Virus record (IMG/VR): IMGVR_UViG_3300037400_001617
Reading direction: 5' to 3' (one strand)
Source of the DNA: a virus
Lineage: Duplodnaviria > Caudoviricetes
Length of the DNA stretch: 64,000 bases
The notes beneath the pieces were generated by a model. The model saw only the letters and a program-made list of their open reading frames with translations, was not told the DNA's origin and ran no database searches. The position numbers and the translations under genes were made by a program. Shown here piece by piece: positions 27,619 to 38,527 of this stretch. Position 1 is the first letter of the stretch; every line of letters starts with the position of its first letter.

Positions 27619-28575
27619 TTAAGCAAAATCTCTACGGTTCATGTATACGCTTAATGAACCTACACCATTGTGTTGATATCTATACATTCCTGCTTTTAAA
27701 GGAACGATTATGTTGCTCCTATAACGTATACATCCTTTTATCTCTCCACGTCCTATTGTATGAGTTTCACCTTGTGCATCGAAATCTCTAATTGCGAAGC
27801 CATTAACATCGCCGTCTGATTGCTCAAGCGTAAAATCTACACTATACCAACCATCTTTCTCAACAGTAAAATCTAAATATGTAGCAGGATTAGCAGAAGT
27901 TCTTGTATTTGACCATGAATACAAATTGTAATTTGTCTCTTGTCCTACATAACCTACTAAAGAGTCTGCGAAATCAGTAGGAACAGCAACTTGTTTTGCT
28001 TTGATGATGTAGTTTAATCTTACGTTTGCAGGTCTTGTTTCACCATTATTAGTATAAACATTATTTCCGTTTATATCAATCGAAGCATCAGAATGTGAGG
28101 CATCAAATGTCACTACTTTACAAGCAGAGGTACTTTGCTGTCCCGTATATACTGCACCTTTTGCTTCTGAACCTATAAGAGCACCGTTGAAACTATTTGT
28201 TGATGAACTGAAACCCATTACACCAAATGTACCACTCTTATTATCAATCTTACCTGTGATGTTAGGCAATTGAGCTGACTGTGATGCACCTAAAGCACCG
28301 TTCGTTCCTGCACCCATAACGGCTTTATCTCTCAAATCTGGTACATTAAAGGTAGTAGAACCATCACCTGTACCAAATGCTGTTCCGATAGCAGCAAACA
28401 GATCTGCATAAGTTGTTCTACTTACCGCTTGTCCTTGACACAGAAGCCAACCTGACGGAGCAGTAGTACCACCATATGCTTGAATAGAACCAATCGGAGC
28501 ATCAGCATAAAGCGTTTCTTTAGCAACAATAGGAACTAACTCTCCTGTATCTTTATTATAATAACTTACACTCAT
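27619..28575 (-). CDS. Tail collar domain-containing fibre protein
   Basis: PIGSIQAYGGTTAPSGWLLCQGQAVSRTTYADLFAAIGTAFGTGDGSTTFNVPDLR...ETRPANVRLNYIIKA. Confidence 0.9.
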   Translation of the reverse strand: MSVSYYNKDTGELVPIVAKETLYADAPIGSIQAYGGTTAPSGWLLCQGQAVSRTTYADLFAAIGTAFGTGDGSTTFNVPDLRDKAVMGAGTNGALGASQSAQLPNITGKIDNKSGTFGVMGFSSSTNSFNGALIGSEAKGAVYTGQQSTSACKVVTFDASHSDASIDINGNNVYTNNGETRPANVRLNYIIKAKQVAVPTDFADSLVGYVGQETNYNLYSWSNTRTSANPATYLDFTVEKDGWYSVDFTLEQSDGDVNGFAIRDFDAQGETHTIGRGEIKGCIRYRSNIIVPLKAGMYRYQHNGVGSLSVYMNRRDFA

Positions 28576-28589
28576 AATCTCACCTCCGC

Positions 28590-31334
28590 TTATTCATCTG
28601 TCAAGTATATAATGCTGTAAGTTGTTTCGGTGGCTGTTGAACAGTACACCCTCAACGTAGAGTCTGTTATCCTCGCACTCTGAGTAGCCGAATTTAACGC
28701 AGTTCCAAGTGCTGAATTAGTAGTACCATTACTTATTGGTACAGGGGCTTTCGTAATAATATCTCTAAAACCATTAGAGCCAGATACTTTAGGTACATAA
28801 CCATTTATCACCACAATTTGTCCACACTTCATAACTTTCGCTGTACCAAGAGCCACAATACATTGTGAAGTAATATCAATGAACTTGTCATTAGGGTTTG
28901 TATCATCTATGATATTGACAATGGTATACATAGCCTTCTCGTCAACAGTTAGAGCGTTCCATTCGAATTGTGTACCTGTGAAAGTGTTTGGTTTCTTACT
29001 TACATCTGGAACGTCGTCATACTTCGCAAGTCGTTCTGTCTTCTGATTTATAGTGTCTCCTGCATAGTAGAGGGTGATTTTGAAGTAAAAGACTGTAAAC
29101 GCATCATATTCTGTAGCTTCATGCAACACCTCATCATTATACATGATCTTATGATAACAATGAAGTTCATCAGAAAATTTATATATGATTTTGTTTACAC
29201 GCTTGTATTCTGAGCTGATTTTAACATAAATCTCCAAGTCAGTAGTCCATTCTCTTGTGAGAACTCCGTCTACTGTATCTTCTGTATAGGTGAAACCTTC
29301 CGATGCAAGGATCATTTGATCAGGGGATTGATTGAAAACAGTCGAAAAGACTGAGGTTAACCTGTAGATGATATTCTCGATGTTAGTTGTAGGAAGTTCA
29401 TTGACATCCTTGATTGTAATAGAACCGCCACTACCAAGTTCTCTCCATGAGTATGTGGGAGTCTCTTCTCCGTCGCTTATACACTCGTAGAAACTACCCT
29501 TACTATAGTCGACATTTGTGTTGCCGATATACTGATATACTTTACCCAGATTCTCTTTTGAGGGAGTTGGAAGTATATTCTTTTGTGTAATGTTTCTGAG
29601 AACGTCGCTATAGAGAGCAAGTCTAGTTTTATCACCATTGTTATTGACAGCTATAAGCTTAGTGTCGTTCTTATCGGCAGAATCTTGTGCCGTAGCGTAT
29701 CTGAAGTTGCTACCAAAGAAGCTAACTTTTACTTTTCCGTTACAGTATACACTTATCTCTGGATTGACGCCACTCATTCTTAGATCCATTTTATCGCACA
29801 GATCTTTAGTGGATATGTACTCTTCTAACGATGAACTGCCGCTTATACGCAAGAGAGTATAATTGTTCGGGAAGCTGATCCAGTATTGTGATGGGTCGCT
29901 TTCTTTCGGTGTTACTGTGAATCCAGAGGACTCTAAAGATGCTTTAACAGTTTCGATAGATGTCCAATTGATAATCACATCGGTATACAAGTTTTCCTGA
30001 TAGAAACCGCTAGTAGCATCCTCTGGAGTTCTTACAACTCTAGACAGAATAGATGATTTGTATTCATCATATGAGAGAAGTTTGAAACTTGTAGCTGAGT
30101 CACTTTGGCAAAGATATGGTGTTGGTGTTTCCGTGATAAGGTCAAGAGTGATAGTTGGAGCATCTTCAGATTTGATTACATTGTTTGCGGTATCGTATAT
30201 AGTGAGCGTAACATTGTTACCTATATATACATCTATCCTACCTACACGTTTACTCCTATCAGAAGTCTGATAAACTTCTTTGGAAGAAGTCTGTACAATA
30301 ACATAGTACTCAGTCGAATACTCGAAAGTGAAGTTGTTCTTGCGAGCATAATCGACTATATCGTACAGATAGTGATCTTTTGTTGTATCGAACACTAAAG
30401 AGTCGTTAGTAAAGGTAGTACAGTATACCTTATTTTTACGATCTGCAGGTATCGGAAGAGTATCATCATCATAGATTACAGCATCGGCTTCAAGTGTCTC
30501 CAGATCACTATAGAGTACCATACGTGCAAGAGATTGACTGGCCTTATCTCCAAGATACATGAGCTCTTCTTTATAGCGAAGAGGGATATCTTCCTGTGAT
30601 GATATAGTCAGCTCTTCATCAGCAAGTTTAGCGATAAACTTATCACCCACAATGCTTGCAGATTTTCTTATGTAGAACTTGCTTATCGTCTTATACTGAT
30701 CTGTCAATTCATCATGATACTCAATGTCTCTGAATCTGAATACAGCTTCATAGTAACCTTCATGATCAGGTTCATCTGGGTCACTTACAACGAAGCCTTT
30801 CTCCGTCATGTGCTGCATTGCAGCGTTTACATTATCACCGTTCATAATGGAACCGTCGATGACAAGTTCTTTGTATTGACTACTTTGTATTCTATAGATG
30901 TAATCGTCTATAGAACCGTATTCGGGGAGAGCATCTACAAAGAGTATTGCAGTAGTCTTACATACATAGAGACCGTCTGTCTTCTGTTCGAGAACGTTGT
31001 CCTCTTCTTCAGAGATATCAGCATTACTCTTCTGTACAGTCTTCTCTACCCATTTGTATGCTGCTCCTTCGATTATACATTCGTAGAAGTATCCATTGAT
31101 ATAATCATCGGTAGTTTCTCCGATGTATTGATATATCTTACCGAACTGTGCTTCTGAAGGTTCTGGGATTTCTGCCACTTGGATAGAAGCTCCACTAGTA
31201 CCTTCTAAAGCTTCCTCTACAGATCTACCATCTGCCAGCCAAACATCGCATGCCAATGCGGTAGGGAATCCGCCCTTGACAGGTTCGTCGCCAGAGTTGT
31301 TAGGTCTAAGAGTATCAGCAACTTTAACAGCCAT
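28590..31334 (-). CDS. Modular tail fibre-like protein
   Basis: Internal repeats GK.YQYIG.T..DY..G.FYECI (x2), LP....I...IYR and RLA.Y.D; FTGTQFEWNAL module. Confidence 0.7.
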   Translation of the reverse strand: MAVKVADTLRPNNSGDEPVKGGFPTALACDVWLADGRSVEEALEGTSGASIQVAEIPEPSEAQFGKIYQYIGETTDDYINGYFYECIIEGAAYKWVEKTVQKSNADISEEEDNVLEQKTDGLYVCKTTAILFVDALPEYGSIDDYIYRIQSSQYKELVIDGSIMNGDNVNAAMQHMTEKGFVVSDPDEPDHEGYYEAVFRFRDIEYHDELTDQYKTISKFYIRKSASIVGDKFIAKLADEELTISSQEDIPLRYKEELMYLGDKASQSLARMVLYSDLETLEADAVIYDDDTLPIPADRKNKVYCTTFTNDSLVFDTTKDHYLYDIVDYARKNNFTFEYSTEYYVIVQTSSKEVYQTSDRSKRVGRIDVYIGNNVTLTIYDTANNVIKSEDAPTITLDLITETPTPYLCQSDSATSFKLLSYDEYKSSILSRVVRTPEDATSGFYQENLYTDVIINWTSIETVKASLESSGFTVTPKESDPSQYWISFPNNYTLLRISGSSSLEEYISTKDLCDKMDLRMSGVNPEISVYCNGKVKVSFFGSNFRYATAQDSADKNDTKLIAVNNNGDKTRLALYSDVLRNITQKNILPTPSKENLGKVYQYIGNTNVDYSKGSFYECISDGEETPTYSWRELGSGGSITIKDVNELPTTNIENIIYRLTSVFSTVFNQSPDQMILASEGFTYTEDTVDGVLTREWTTDLEIYVKISSEYKRVNKIIYKFSDELHCYHKIMYNDEVLHEATEYDAFTVFYFKITLYYAGDTINQKTERLAKYDDVPDVSKKPNTFTGTQFEWNALTVDEKAMYTIVNIIDDTNPNDKFIDITSQCIVALGTAKVMKCGQIVVINGYVPKVSGSNGFRDIITKAPVPISNGTTNSALGTALNSATQSARITDSTLRVYCSTATETTYSIIYLTDE

Positions 31335-31352
31335 TATATATTTCCTCCTCTC

Positions 31353-33377
31353 TTACTTGATCTCTGCGGTGAACGATCCCAGAGACTTCTGCTTGAATCT
31401 TACAACACTATATGTGGTTGTATAACCACTAGCATTAGTAAAGATAACAGATCCGAGATTTTCGAGGTCTGTATTGAATCCGTTTACCCACGCTGAGGAA
31501 GGTTTCATACCGCTAGGAGTAGCGATATAACCATATTCATTATTCTCAACGTTGAAGTTGTATGTTCCCTTGTTATTGCTAGCAAGCTTACTGTTAGACA
31601 ATCCAAGAATGAATGCACTATCGTATGTAGACTGACTAGCAGCACTACCCCAATAGATCTTATTCTTGAATGAGATAGACTTACTTGCTGTTGCAGTTTT
31701 CTCTCCATCTCCGATAGTAAGAGTGAATGTCTTGTTAGCAGAGATATTCGAAGTATATGAAGCGGTTCTATCGTCCACATCTATGGTACAGTCTGTAAGG
31801 CTCTGCTGAGTGATATCCTTATTGACAGCCCATGTGAATGTAACGCCGCCTGTGATAGTCTGACCCATCTCATACTCTGTAGCAGATGGAGTCATATTGA
31901 AAGAAGTAATCTTGGGTTCTACATAGTATAACTTTGAGAGAATAGAATCAAGTGCTATCTTTACATTGGTGTATGTAGGGAAGCCCTCATTATCGTAGGA
32001 TACATTCTCTGCAGAGTTACCCATAGCAGAAGGATTGAGCAGAGTTACCTGACCATTCTCATCTGTACCAAGTACCTTGTTAGCAGCTTCAGCACCCTGA
32101 TCCTTATCAACCTTACCAGCGAGTGCTTCTGCAATAGCTGAGTTCTTTACAGCATTGCTGGATGAAGGATCGATACTAGCATCATAATCTCCAAGTTCTA
32201 CTTCACCAAGAGAGTTAGTCTTGAGTATCTTGTTTGCTACAGCCTCGGGGTCATCAGATGTAAAGACCTTGTTCAGTTTGTCAGCGAACTTACTGTCAAG
32301 TATCTTACCCTGATTAGCAGAGAGTGCTTTAGTAGTAGATGTACTTGTAAGACTGTCTTCCACATTGTCAGCATCCATCTTAGCATCAAGAAGGTTCTGT
32401 ATGATAAGCATGAGTGCTTTCATAGCAGCAAGATCAGGAATCTTACTTGTATCAACTTCGTCGCCAGTGAATGTACTTACGACATCGTTGTTCTTGTTTA
32501 CATACTCGGCGAAGTTTACGTCACCTGCAGATACGATAGTGAGCCAGCTACCATTGATAAGAATGGACTGCATGAGCTTACCACTCTGTATATAGTAGAA
32601 CCATATCATGTCAGCATCGATAGTGGTGCTGGTGCCGTTCTTTACATATGTGATTTTGTTAGTAGAGGAGTTATATGTAGGCTTTGCATCACACTGAATA
32701 GCAGTAGTAGTTCTGAGAAGATCGATCTGCTCATCAGTGTATGCCTTAGCTTCAGTAACTCCGCCCTTTACTTTTTTGCCGACACTACCGTTAGTCTCTT
32801 CATCACCGTTAAGAACAGTGATAGCTCTCTCGTTAGCAGCGACTCTTTCCTCAAGGGTAGTGTCGTCTACAGCACCTTTCAGCTCATTTATAGCACCAGA
32901 GAGTGTCTGAGCTTCAGTCTGAAGAGTGTCAGAACCAACTTTGCCGTTTAAGGTCTGTATAGAAGTATGGTTAGTTCCGATAGCGGCTCTCAATTCAGCA
33001 TCGTTGTAATTCTCCAAACCATCAAGCTTTTCTTTATCGGTTTGTGAGAAGTTTACATCTGTAAGAACTTTACTGCCGTCTTTATCAACCTTACCATCAA
33101 GGAGTTCTCTTGTTTCGGTTTTGTTGAAGTAGTTTGAAAGGTCTGCACCTTCACCGCCACCATTGAACTCCCTCCACTTACCAGTTTCTGGATCAACTGT
33201 ATTGTTCTTATTGTACATATAAGCCATTCCAGTCTCTTCACAGAAAGTCATGTAAAGAGGAGGAAGATAGTTTTCTGAATATGAAGCCATTTCCGACAGA
33301 GTCTTGAAACCCTGTCTAGTGAAGTCATACTGCTTTCCCTTATAAGAGAATCCAGCAAGAATACTTATACCAGCCAT
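31353..33377 (-). CDS. Tail fibre-like structural protein
   Basis: GKVDKDGSKVLTDVNF, DSLTSTSTTKALSANQGK, AINELK motifs; beta-sandwich C-terminus. Confidence 0.7.
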   Translation of the reverse strand: MAGISILAGFSYKGKQYDFTRQGFKTLSEMASYSENYLPPLYMTFCEETGMAYMYNKNNTVDPETGKWREFNGGGEGADLSNYFNKTETRELLDGKVDKDGSKVLTDVNFSQTDKEKLDGLENYNDAELRAAIGTNHTSIQTLNGKVGSDTLQTEAQTLSGAINELKGAVDDTTLEERVAANERAITVLNGDEETNGSVGKKVKGGVTEAKAYTDEQIDLLRTTTAIQCDAKPTYNSSTNKITYVKNGTSTTIDADMIWFYYIQSGKLMQSILINGSWLTIVSAGDVNFAEYVNKNNDVVSTFTGDEVDTSKIPDLAAMKALMLIIQNLLDAKMDADNVEDSLTSTSTTKALSANQGKILDSKFADKLNKVFTSDDPEAVANKILKTNSLGEVELGDYDASIDPSSSNAVKNSAIAEALAGKVDKDQGAEAANKVLGTDENGQVTLLNPSAMGNSAENVSYDNEGFPTYTNVKIALDSILSKLYYVEPKITSFNMTPSATEYEMGQTITGGVTFTWAVNKDITQQSLTDCTIDVDDRTASYTSNISANKTFTLTIGDGEKTATASKSISFKNKIYWGSAASQSTYDSAFILGLSNSKLASNNKGTYNFNVENNEYGYIATPSGMKPSSAWVNGFNTDLENLGSVIFTNASGYTTTYSVVRFKQKSLGSFTAEIK

Positions 33378-33396
33378 ATAATCTCACACTCCTTTC

Positions 33397-34308
33397 TTAG
33401 GTAAATGCCAGAGTAACTCCATCAGAAGCAGAAGGTTCGATCTGAGTATATACATAGTATTCAATACCGTCGATTGTAGTTTCTGATCTTGAGAAAGTGT
33501 CTGTATAGTTGAGGTTGTTTACGGTATCCATAACCTTAGTAATAGCTCCAAGTGACTTAGGATAAGCATAAACTACCTTGCCGAATGTCATAGATATACC
33601 AGTGTAGGTATAAGCTTTGCTTGTTTTCAAAGTCGAATTGAGATTCTTTATCTGTGCAGCAGTAGGAATACTGATGTCTGGTCCCATAGTTCCATAGAAC
33701 GACTTACCTACAAACTTAACCGATATAGAAGAAGTGCTTGTCTCAGTACCGTCTGTAACAGAAGCAGAGAAAGTACAATCAGAAGTTATAGGTATAGCAG
33801 GAGTATATGGATACTGGAAGTTACCACCACTAGCTACACCATTAGTAATAGTATTGACCACAGTTCCGTTGACGGAGAATGTGATCTTAGTGATATTCTT
33901 ACTGTTCTTCACGGCAACAGCAGACATAGTAATACTTGTTATCTTTCCAGTAGCAGCATCATACAGTGTAGCAGAAGGATTGATAGTAAGCGATATAGAA
34001 GGCTTAGTATACTTAGTGAGCATATCTCTGATGATAGTCTCAAGATATGTACCAGAAGGATAAGTCTTACCTACCTTTACATTACCGATCTCTACTTGTG
34101 ATGTGAGAGGAGTGGTGATAACAGGATCACCACCACCTCCGCCCTCACCACTGAGTCGGATACGAGTCTCGTTATCTATATCGAAGTATACGGCTCGGCC
34201 ATCTTTAGTCATAAAGTACTGACCGAGTTTCTTAGGCACTTCGTCTATGGCTTCTTGTGGTCCACAGAATGGTAAGAAGCGCCATCTCTTAGTAATTTTG
34301 TATCCCAT
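33397..34308 (-). CDS. Structural protein with Ig-like beta-sandwich, partly paralogous to neighbours
   Basis: C-terminal half resembles that of 31353-33377 (P.I....I.PSAT.Y; YAYP/IATP; Y.VY). Confidence 0.6.
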   Translation of the reverse strand: MGYKITKRWRFLPFCGPQEAIDEVPKKLGQYFMTKDGRAVYFDIDNETRIRLSGEGGGGGDPVITTPLTSQVEIGNVKVGKTYPSGTYLETIIRDMLTKYTKPSISLTINPSATLYDAATGKITSITMSAVAVKNSKNITKITFSVNGTVVNTITNGVASGGNFQYPYTPAIPITSDCTFSASVTDGTETSTSSISVKFVGKSFYGTMGPDISIPTAAQIKNLNSTLKTSKAYTYTGISMTFGKVVYAYPKSLGAITKVMDTVNNLNYTDTFSRSETTIDGIEYYVYTQIEPSASDGVTLAFT

Positions 34309-35136
34309 AGTAACACCTCTATTCTGTTGTTTTCTTGAGAGATGCCAGTACAGCCCAGTCTCCTCCAGAGAGTATCTTACCTACACCGAGTTTGTTGTCT
34401 GTCTGGAACTGATGGATCGCATCCATCATCTTCTGATCAGCGGTGCCATTGATATCGACATCGTAACCAAGACTCTTAAGTTTCTTCTGAGTCCACATAG
34501 TGAGCTTACCAGAATCTCCAGGTTCTATGGTAAAGTCTCTGAGATTAGTGAGTGTGACGTTACCAATGATTCCGTCTACAACGAGATCGGAATAACCCTT
34601 CTCTTTCAGTATAGTCTGCAGCTCAAGCTCAAGTGATGCAAGCTCTACAGAATCGGGGTTATAATCATCCTGACCAGGGAATACTGTACCTCTCTGGAAA
34701 GTCTCATAACCTTCATTAGTTCTTTCATTACCGAACCACCATTTGTTCTTATAGTCTTCATAACCTCTAGTATCGAGATGACAGTAGTAATCATCGATAA
34801 GAAGAATACCCTTGAAGCCGACTCTCTCTGCTGCTTCAGCAATGTCCCAAGATGAATACTTTTCACCATTCTTCTTGAATACACAAAGGTCTGCAGCTAT
34901 AGAGCCGTTCATATTGCAGTTATGTCCATCGCCTAAGAATGCACCAGGGATAGCAAGAGTAGCAGCATCACAACGATAACCGCTGCTGATCCATATCTCC
35001 TTAGCGTCCATATAAGCGAAGAGCTTTTCGAGCATAGATATCAGTAAGGTAGACGGTGTTCCTTTACCACATCCACACTTACATCTGAATTCATACGAAT
35101 CAAAGTGTTCTGATAAGTTTCCCATAGTAACACCTC
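34303..35136. repeat. 17-bp direct repeat TCCCATAGTAACACCTC flanking the endolysin gene
   Basis: Copies at 34303-34319 and 35120-35136; each is the SD plus start of a gene. Confidence 0.8.
34319..35125 (-). CDS. Endolysin: peptidase M15 plus peptidoglycan-binding repeats
   Basis: NLSEHFDSYEFRCKCGCG, ISSGYRC, H...AADL, CHLDTR; C-terminal LQTILKEKGY...VDGIIG and LKSLGYDVDING...FQ.DNKL. Confidence 0.88.
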   Translation of the reverse strand: MGNLSEHFDSYEFRCKCGCGKGTPSTLLISMLEKLFAYMDAKEIWISSGYRCDAATLAIPGAFLGDGHNCNMNGSIAADLCVFKKNGEKYSSWDIAEAAERVGFKGILLIDDYYCHLDTRGYEDYKNKWWFGNERTNEGYETFQRGTVFPGQDDYNPDSVELASLELELQTILKEKGYSDLVVDGIIGNVTLTNLRDFTIEPGDSGKLTMWTQKKLKSLGYDVDINGTADQKMMDAIHQFQTDNKLGVGKILSGGDWAVLASLKKTTE

Positions 35137-35138
35137 CA

Positions 35139-35471
35139 TTAAGGATCAACGATCTCTTCGAGTGTACGGATGTCCTTTATCATGATCTTGCAGAGCTTAG
35201 CTCTGTGATGACCATCTTCATTAGAGCAGTCGATCATGATCCAGTCAGCTTTAAGCTGACCAGCGCAGGGGTGGTTATTGCCGAAGTGGGAGTATACACC
35301 TGTTACAGTACGAAGCATATTGTCCCTTCTGTCTACAGCAATGATCTTATATTTATTACCAGGCGTCATAGATACAGTGATAGTATCCTTAGTGCCATCA
35401 TCTTTATATACATCCAGCTCTATGTCCAGATGTACAGTAGTAATTCCTTTACTTCTTATAACATACGACAT
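35139..35471 (-). CDS. Hypothetical protein (IxIDxS family paralog)
   Basis: 110 aa; IMIDCS...KIMIKDIRTL. Confidence 0.7.
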   Translation of the reverse strand: MSYVIRSKGITTVHLDIELDVYKDDGTKDTITVSMTPGNKYKIIAVDRRDNMLRTVTGVYSHFGNNHPCAGQLKADWIMIDCSNEDGHHRAKLCKIMIKDIRTLEEIVDP

Positions 35472-35526
35472 TAAAAGATTCCTCCTTCCAAAAGTTAAGG
35501 CTAGGGCGTTGCCACCCTAGCCATGA

Positions 35527-36195
35527 TTACGAGTCAAGATAGTCGTGGAGATCAGTACCAAGATCGCCATTCTGACCAGTGCTTGACGATTGTGTATTAT
35601 CAGTAGTAGTTCCGTCAACAGGATCACCTACATCGTGGAGATCAACGAACTCGTCTATTTCTCTCAGAATAAATGGATCTTCGATACAAACGTTACCCTG
35701 TTGAGTAGGAGTCATATGCTCAGGTCCAAGTATAGGAAGCATTCTTTCGATATTCTCAACTCTGATTCTGAGAAGCTTACTTTCGTACATATCACTAGCG
35801 TCGATTATGATCGCAGAGATAGAGATGCAGTGCGGAGCCTTCAGAATCTCCTGAACTCCTTCTACAGTCTCGAAGTCGACGATCTTGCCGACAAAGTGAC
35901 AGATACCGCGAGTGTTCGAGAAGGCATCGATTTCATAGGACACTCCAGGAACGATATCGAATCTCTGTACGTGTCCATGATGATCTGTGTATGTAGTTGA
36001 AAGACGGATAGAACCGTCTATCTTAACCCTTCCTACCTTATGAGGGGGAGGACAATAGGGATGATGACCAGGAACGATATACTGTTTAGGCGGACATGTA
36101 GGTGCAGGACAAGCAACTACTTTAGTCCAACCAGGATGTGTAGTCATATCAGGAGTATAGACTTCGTTTCCATAGGGGAAATTGTTGTTAGCCAT
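35527..36195 (-). CDS. Hypothetical protein (IxIDxS family paralog with Pro/His/Cys-rich N-terminus)
   Basis: IIIDAS...RIRVENIERM; late promoter AACA-TCTATT-TAA at 36221-36233. Confidence 0.7.
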   Translation of the reverse strand: MANNNFPYGNEVYTPDMTTHPGWTKVVACPAPTCPPKQYIVPGHHPYCPPPHKVGRVKIDGSIRLSTTYTDHHGHVQRFDIVPGVSYEIDAFSNTRGICHFVGKIVDFETVEGVQEILKAPHCISISAIIIDASDMYESKLLRIRVENIERMLPILGPEHMTPTQQGNVCIEDPFILREIDEFVDLHDVGDPVDGTTTDNTQSSSTGQNGDLGTDLHDYLDS

Positions 36196-36281
36196 AACTC
36201 TCCTCCTTTCGAGATTATTGTTAAATAGATGTTGAGCAAAGGAAGGGTGGTGGGAATGGACCCACCACCTAGTTTAAGGAC

Positions 36282-37298
36282 TTATGTAGGAGTATCTCCG
36301 CAGATGAACTCGATAGAGTTCAGATAGTCTTTATCCTGCATCTGAGCCGTAGTACATTCTGTTAGGTTGCTATACTGTTTACTAAAACTACCAACAGCTT
36401 TACTAAGTTTAGACGAATTGATGATATTCGTGCCACGTTCGAATTGAATACATAGATATGTATGTGAGGTTTGAGTGTGATCTGTTATATCCATGTCGAC
36501 TACATTGTATACAGAACCCCATTCTCTGTTTAATGATAATATATCTATTTGATCGCCTCTAATATGATCTATCGAGCCGATAATCTTACAGAATTGCATT
36601 TGTCCACTGTAACCAACTAAGTAATTACTATAACCAGAACTTTCGCGATGATGAGATGCTACTACGTTGAAGATACAATTCACAAACGATCCTTTTCCGT
36701 AGTTTTGATAATATAATCTTGTTCTTAAGCCTGTCGTATTCATCACGTAGTTTGTATTGAACGAACATTGATAGAAGTTCATATGTCGCTCAGTGTGATA
36801 TCCTCCATTAGCAAAACCGTGGAATGCAGTTACGTCATTATTCTGTGCATCTATACACATAGAGAACTTACATCTATAGAAGTTTATAATAGCAGTATTA
36901 TTACCTTCGCTACAATTGAACATTGATGCTTCCGATGTTGCTGCAAGGATGTACGCATTCTTTATTATAAGGTCGTATATGTATACCTCGACCTCATATG
37001 CATTAAAGAACGTTTTGTCCGATGACATTGAATCCATCATACTAAGTCCAAGTATAGTCCAGTTATTGAAGTATATATGTACTTGAGGTCTATCAGATTT
37101 ATAAGGGGGTGATTGTATGTTTATAGGGTTCCATCCAGCAGACCTAAGATCTATAACTTTAGGAGCATCATAAACCTCTGGGAAGGCTATGTACTTATAT
37201 AGGTTCACCTCATCTGCTAATGCCTCTTTAAGAGACTCTAAAGTATCTACATATACGGGGTCATCTACACTTTGACCTCCTCCTCCAAGTATAGCCAT
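36282..37298 (-). CDS. Beta-helix-like putative adsorption protein, paralog 3
   Basis: GGG.S.DDPVYVDT, WTILGLS, CSFN, FCKIIG, EFICGDTP; own late promoter AACA-TTCTAG-TAA at 37331-37343. Confidence 0.65.
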   Translation of the reverse strand: MAILGGGGQSVDDPVYVDTLESLKEALADEVNLYKYIAFPEVYDAPKVIDLRSAGWNPINIQSPPYKSDRPQVHIYFNNWTILGLSMMDSMSSDKTFFNAYEVEVYIYDLIIKNAYILAATSEASMFNCSEGNNTAIINFYRCKFSMCIDAQNNDVTAFHGFANGGYHTERHMNFYQCSFNTNYVMNTTGLRTRLYYQNYGKGSFVNCIFNVVASHHRESSGYSNYLVGYSGQMQFCKIIGSIDHIRGDQIDILSLNREWGSVYNVVDMDITDHTQTSHTYLCIQFERGTNIINSSKLSKAVGSFSKQYSNLTECTTAQMQDKDYLNSIEFICGDTPT

Positions 37299-37386
37299 AT
37301 ATATAATTCCTCCTTTTCATGGGTATTGTTTTACTAGAATGTTCAAGCAATGAAAAGAGAGGAGGGTATTCCCTCCTCTTCTTGTC

Positions 37387-38508
37387 TTAGTCTGATGGAG
37401 GGGTTCCTATAATGAACCCTTGTTCCAATAGCCACTGTCTATCACACATCTCTTCCCTACTGGACGGATGAAGGAACGCGGCAGCGTTAGTGCTATGATA
37501 GCGATCGACTGCACCTATAACAGAATGTGGAAATATAGTTTTATGATAATGTATGATTTTAGCAGTTGCGATAGAGCTATTCGCAACGATCCTGTCAGAA
37601 TCGCTAAAACTTTGAAATGATACATTACAGTAGATGTCGAAGTCTATAACGTCCAACGTGCCACCACCATTATAATATAGAAACATGACACAGCTACTAT
37701 TATTGGGATGGTCGTAGTATATAGACCCAGTAAACTTACAGAAGTAGAAAGTTCCGAAAAATGGATATCTATACATTGCTCCAGTACTACTAGGCATAGA
37801 AGCATTTACGTCTGTCGTCTTACCTTCTATATTAAATAGACAATTGTTAAACTCAAAGTTCTTAATAGCACTAGTACCACTATCTTTACCATTACAATTA
37901 GTAAGTCTGAATGCTGCTACATATTTGAAGTTGAATGAACATGCTGTCACTCTGAATCCAGAATCTCCTACTCCTTGGCCAGTGGCAATACTAGTATTGA
38001 AAAGTGCTATATTTGTATTTGCAGATGCTATAGAAGATAAAGTGCTCAGATCCAGCACTCCAGATGCTCTAATGTTAGATATCAGAATTCTTTTTGAATC
38101 ATTTACATCGCCTACTTGTGAAAACAGACTCGAATGACCTTGTAAGTATATATTCTTGAATGTAAAGTTTTCGACATAAGAGACTACTCTACTGTATCTA
38201 AACTCCATCAATCTGCAGTCTCTTAAGCTTGCACCTAAAATGGTCCAATCGTTACCGTTGATATGAATTGGATCATATCTGAACGAAACAACTAATGCTC
38301 CGCCAGTACCATCACTTAAAAACCAGTTCCATTTTCTCATGTCGATGACTCTTTCGCTAACGGGTATTGGAACACCCTGTTGTGTTTTTGTGGCCATCTC
38401 TACGTAGATTTCCCTATCGTTTTGGCTGTTAGCACATCTATCCACCAATGAATCCCAAGTATCACATACATATGGATCTTCTCTAGTACCAGTTCCCCAA
38501 TATGCCAT
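37387..38508 (-). CDS. Beta-helix-like putative adsorption protein, paralog 2
   Basis: WGTGTREDPYVCDTWD, WTILGAS, CSFNFK, FNNCLFNIEGK, WLLEQGFIIGTPP. Confidence 0.65.
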   Translation of the reverse strand: MAYWGTGTREDPYVCDTWDSLVDRCANSQNDREIYVEMATKTQQGVPIPVSERVIDMRKWNWFLSDGTGGALVVSFRYDPIHINGNDWTILGASLRDCRLMEFRYSRVVSYVENFTFKNIYLQGHSSLFSQVGDVNDSKRILISNIRASGVLDLSTLSSIASANTNIALFNTSIATGQGVGDSGFRVTACSFNFKYVAAFRLTNCNGKDSGTSAIKNFEFNNCLFNIEGKTTDVNASMPSSTGAMYRYPFFGTFYFCKFTGSIYYDHPNNSSCVMFLYYNGGGTLDVIDFDIYCNVSFQSFSDSDRIVANSSIATAKIIHYHKTIFPHSVIGAVDRYHSTNAAAFLHPSSREEMCDRQWLLEQGFIIGTPPSD

Positions 38509-38527
38509 ACAAACACCTCCTTCTTAG

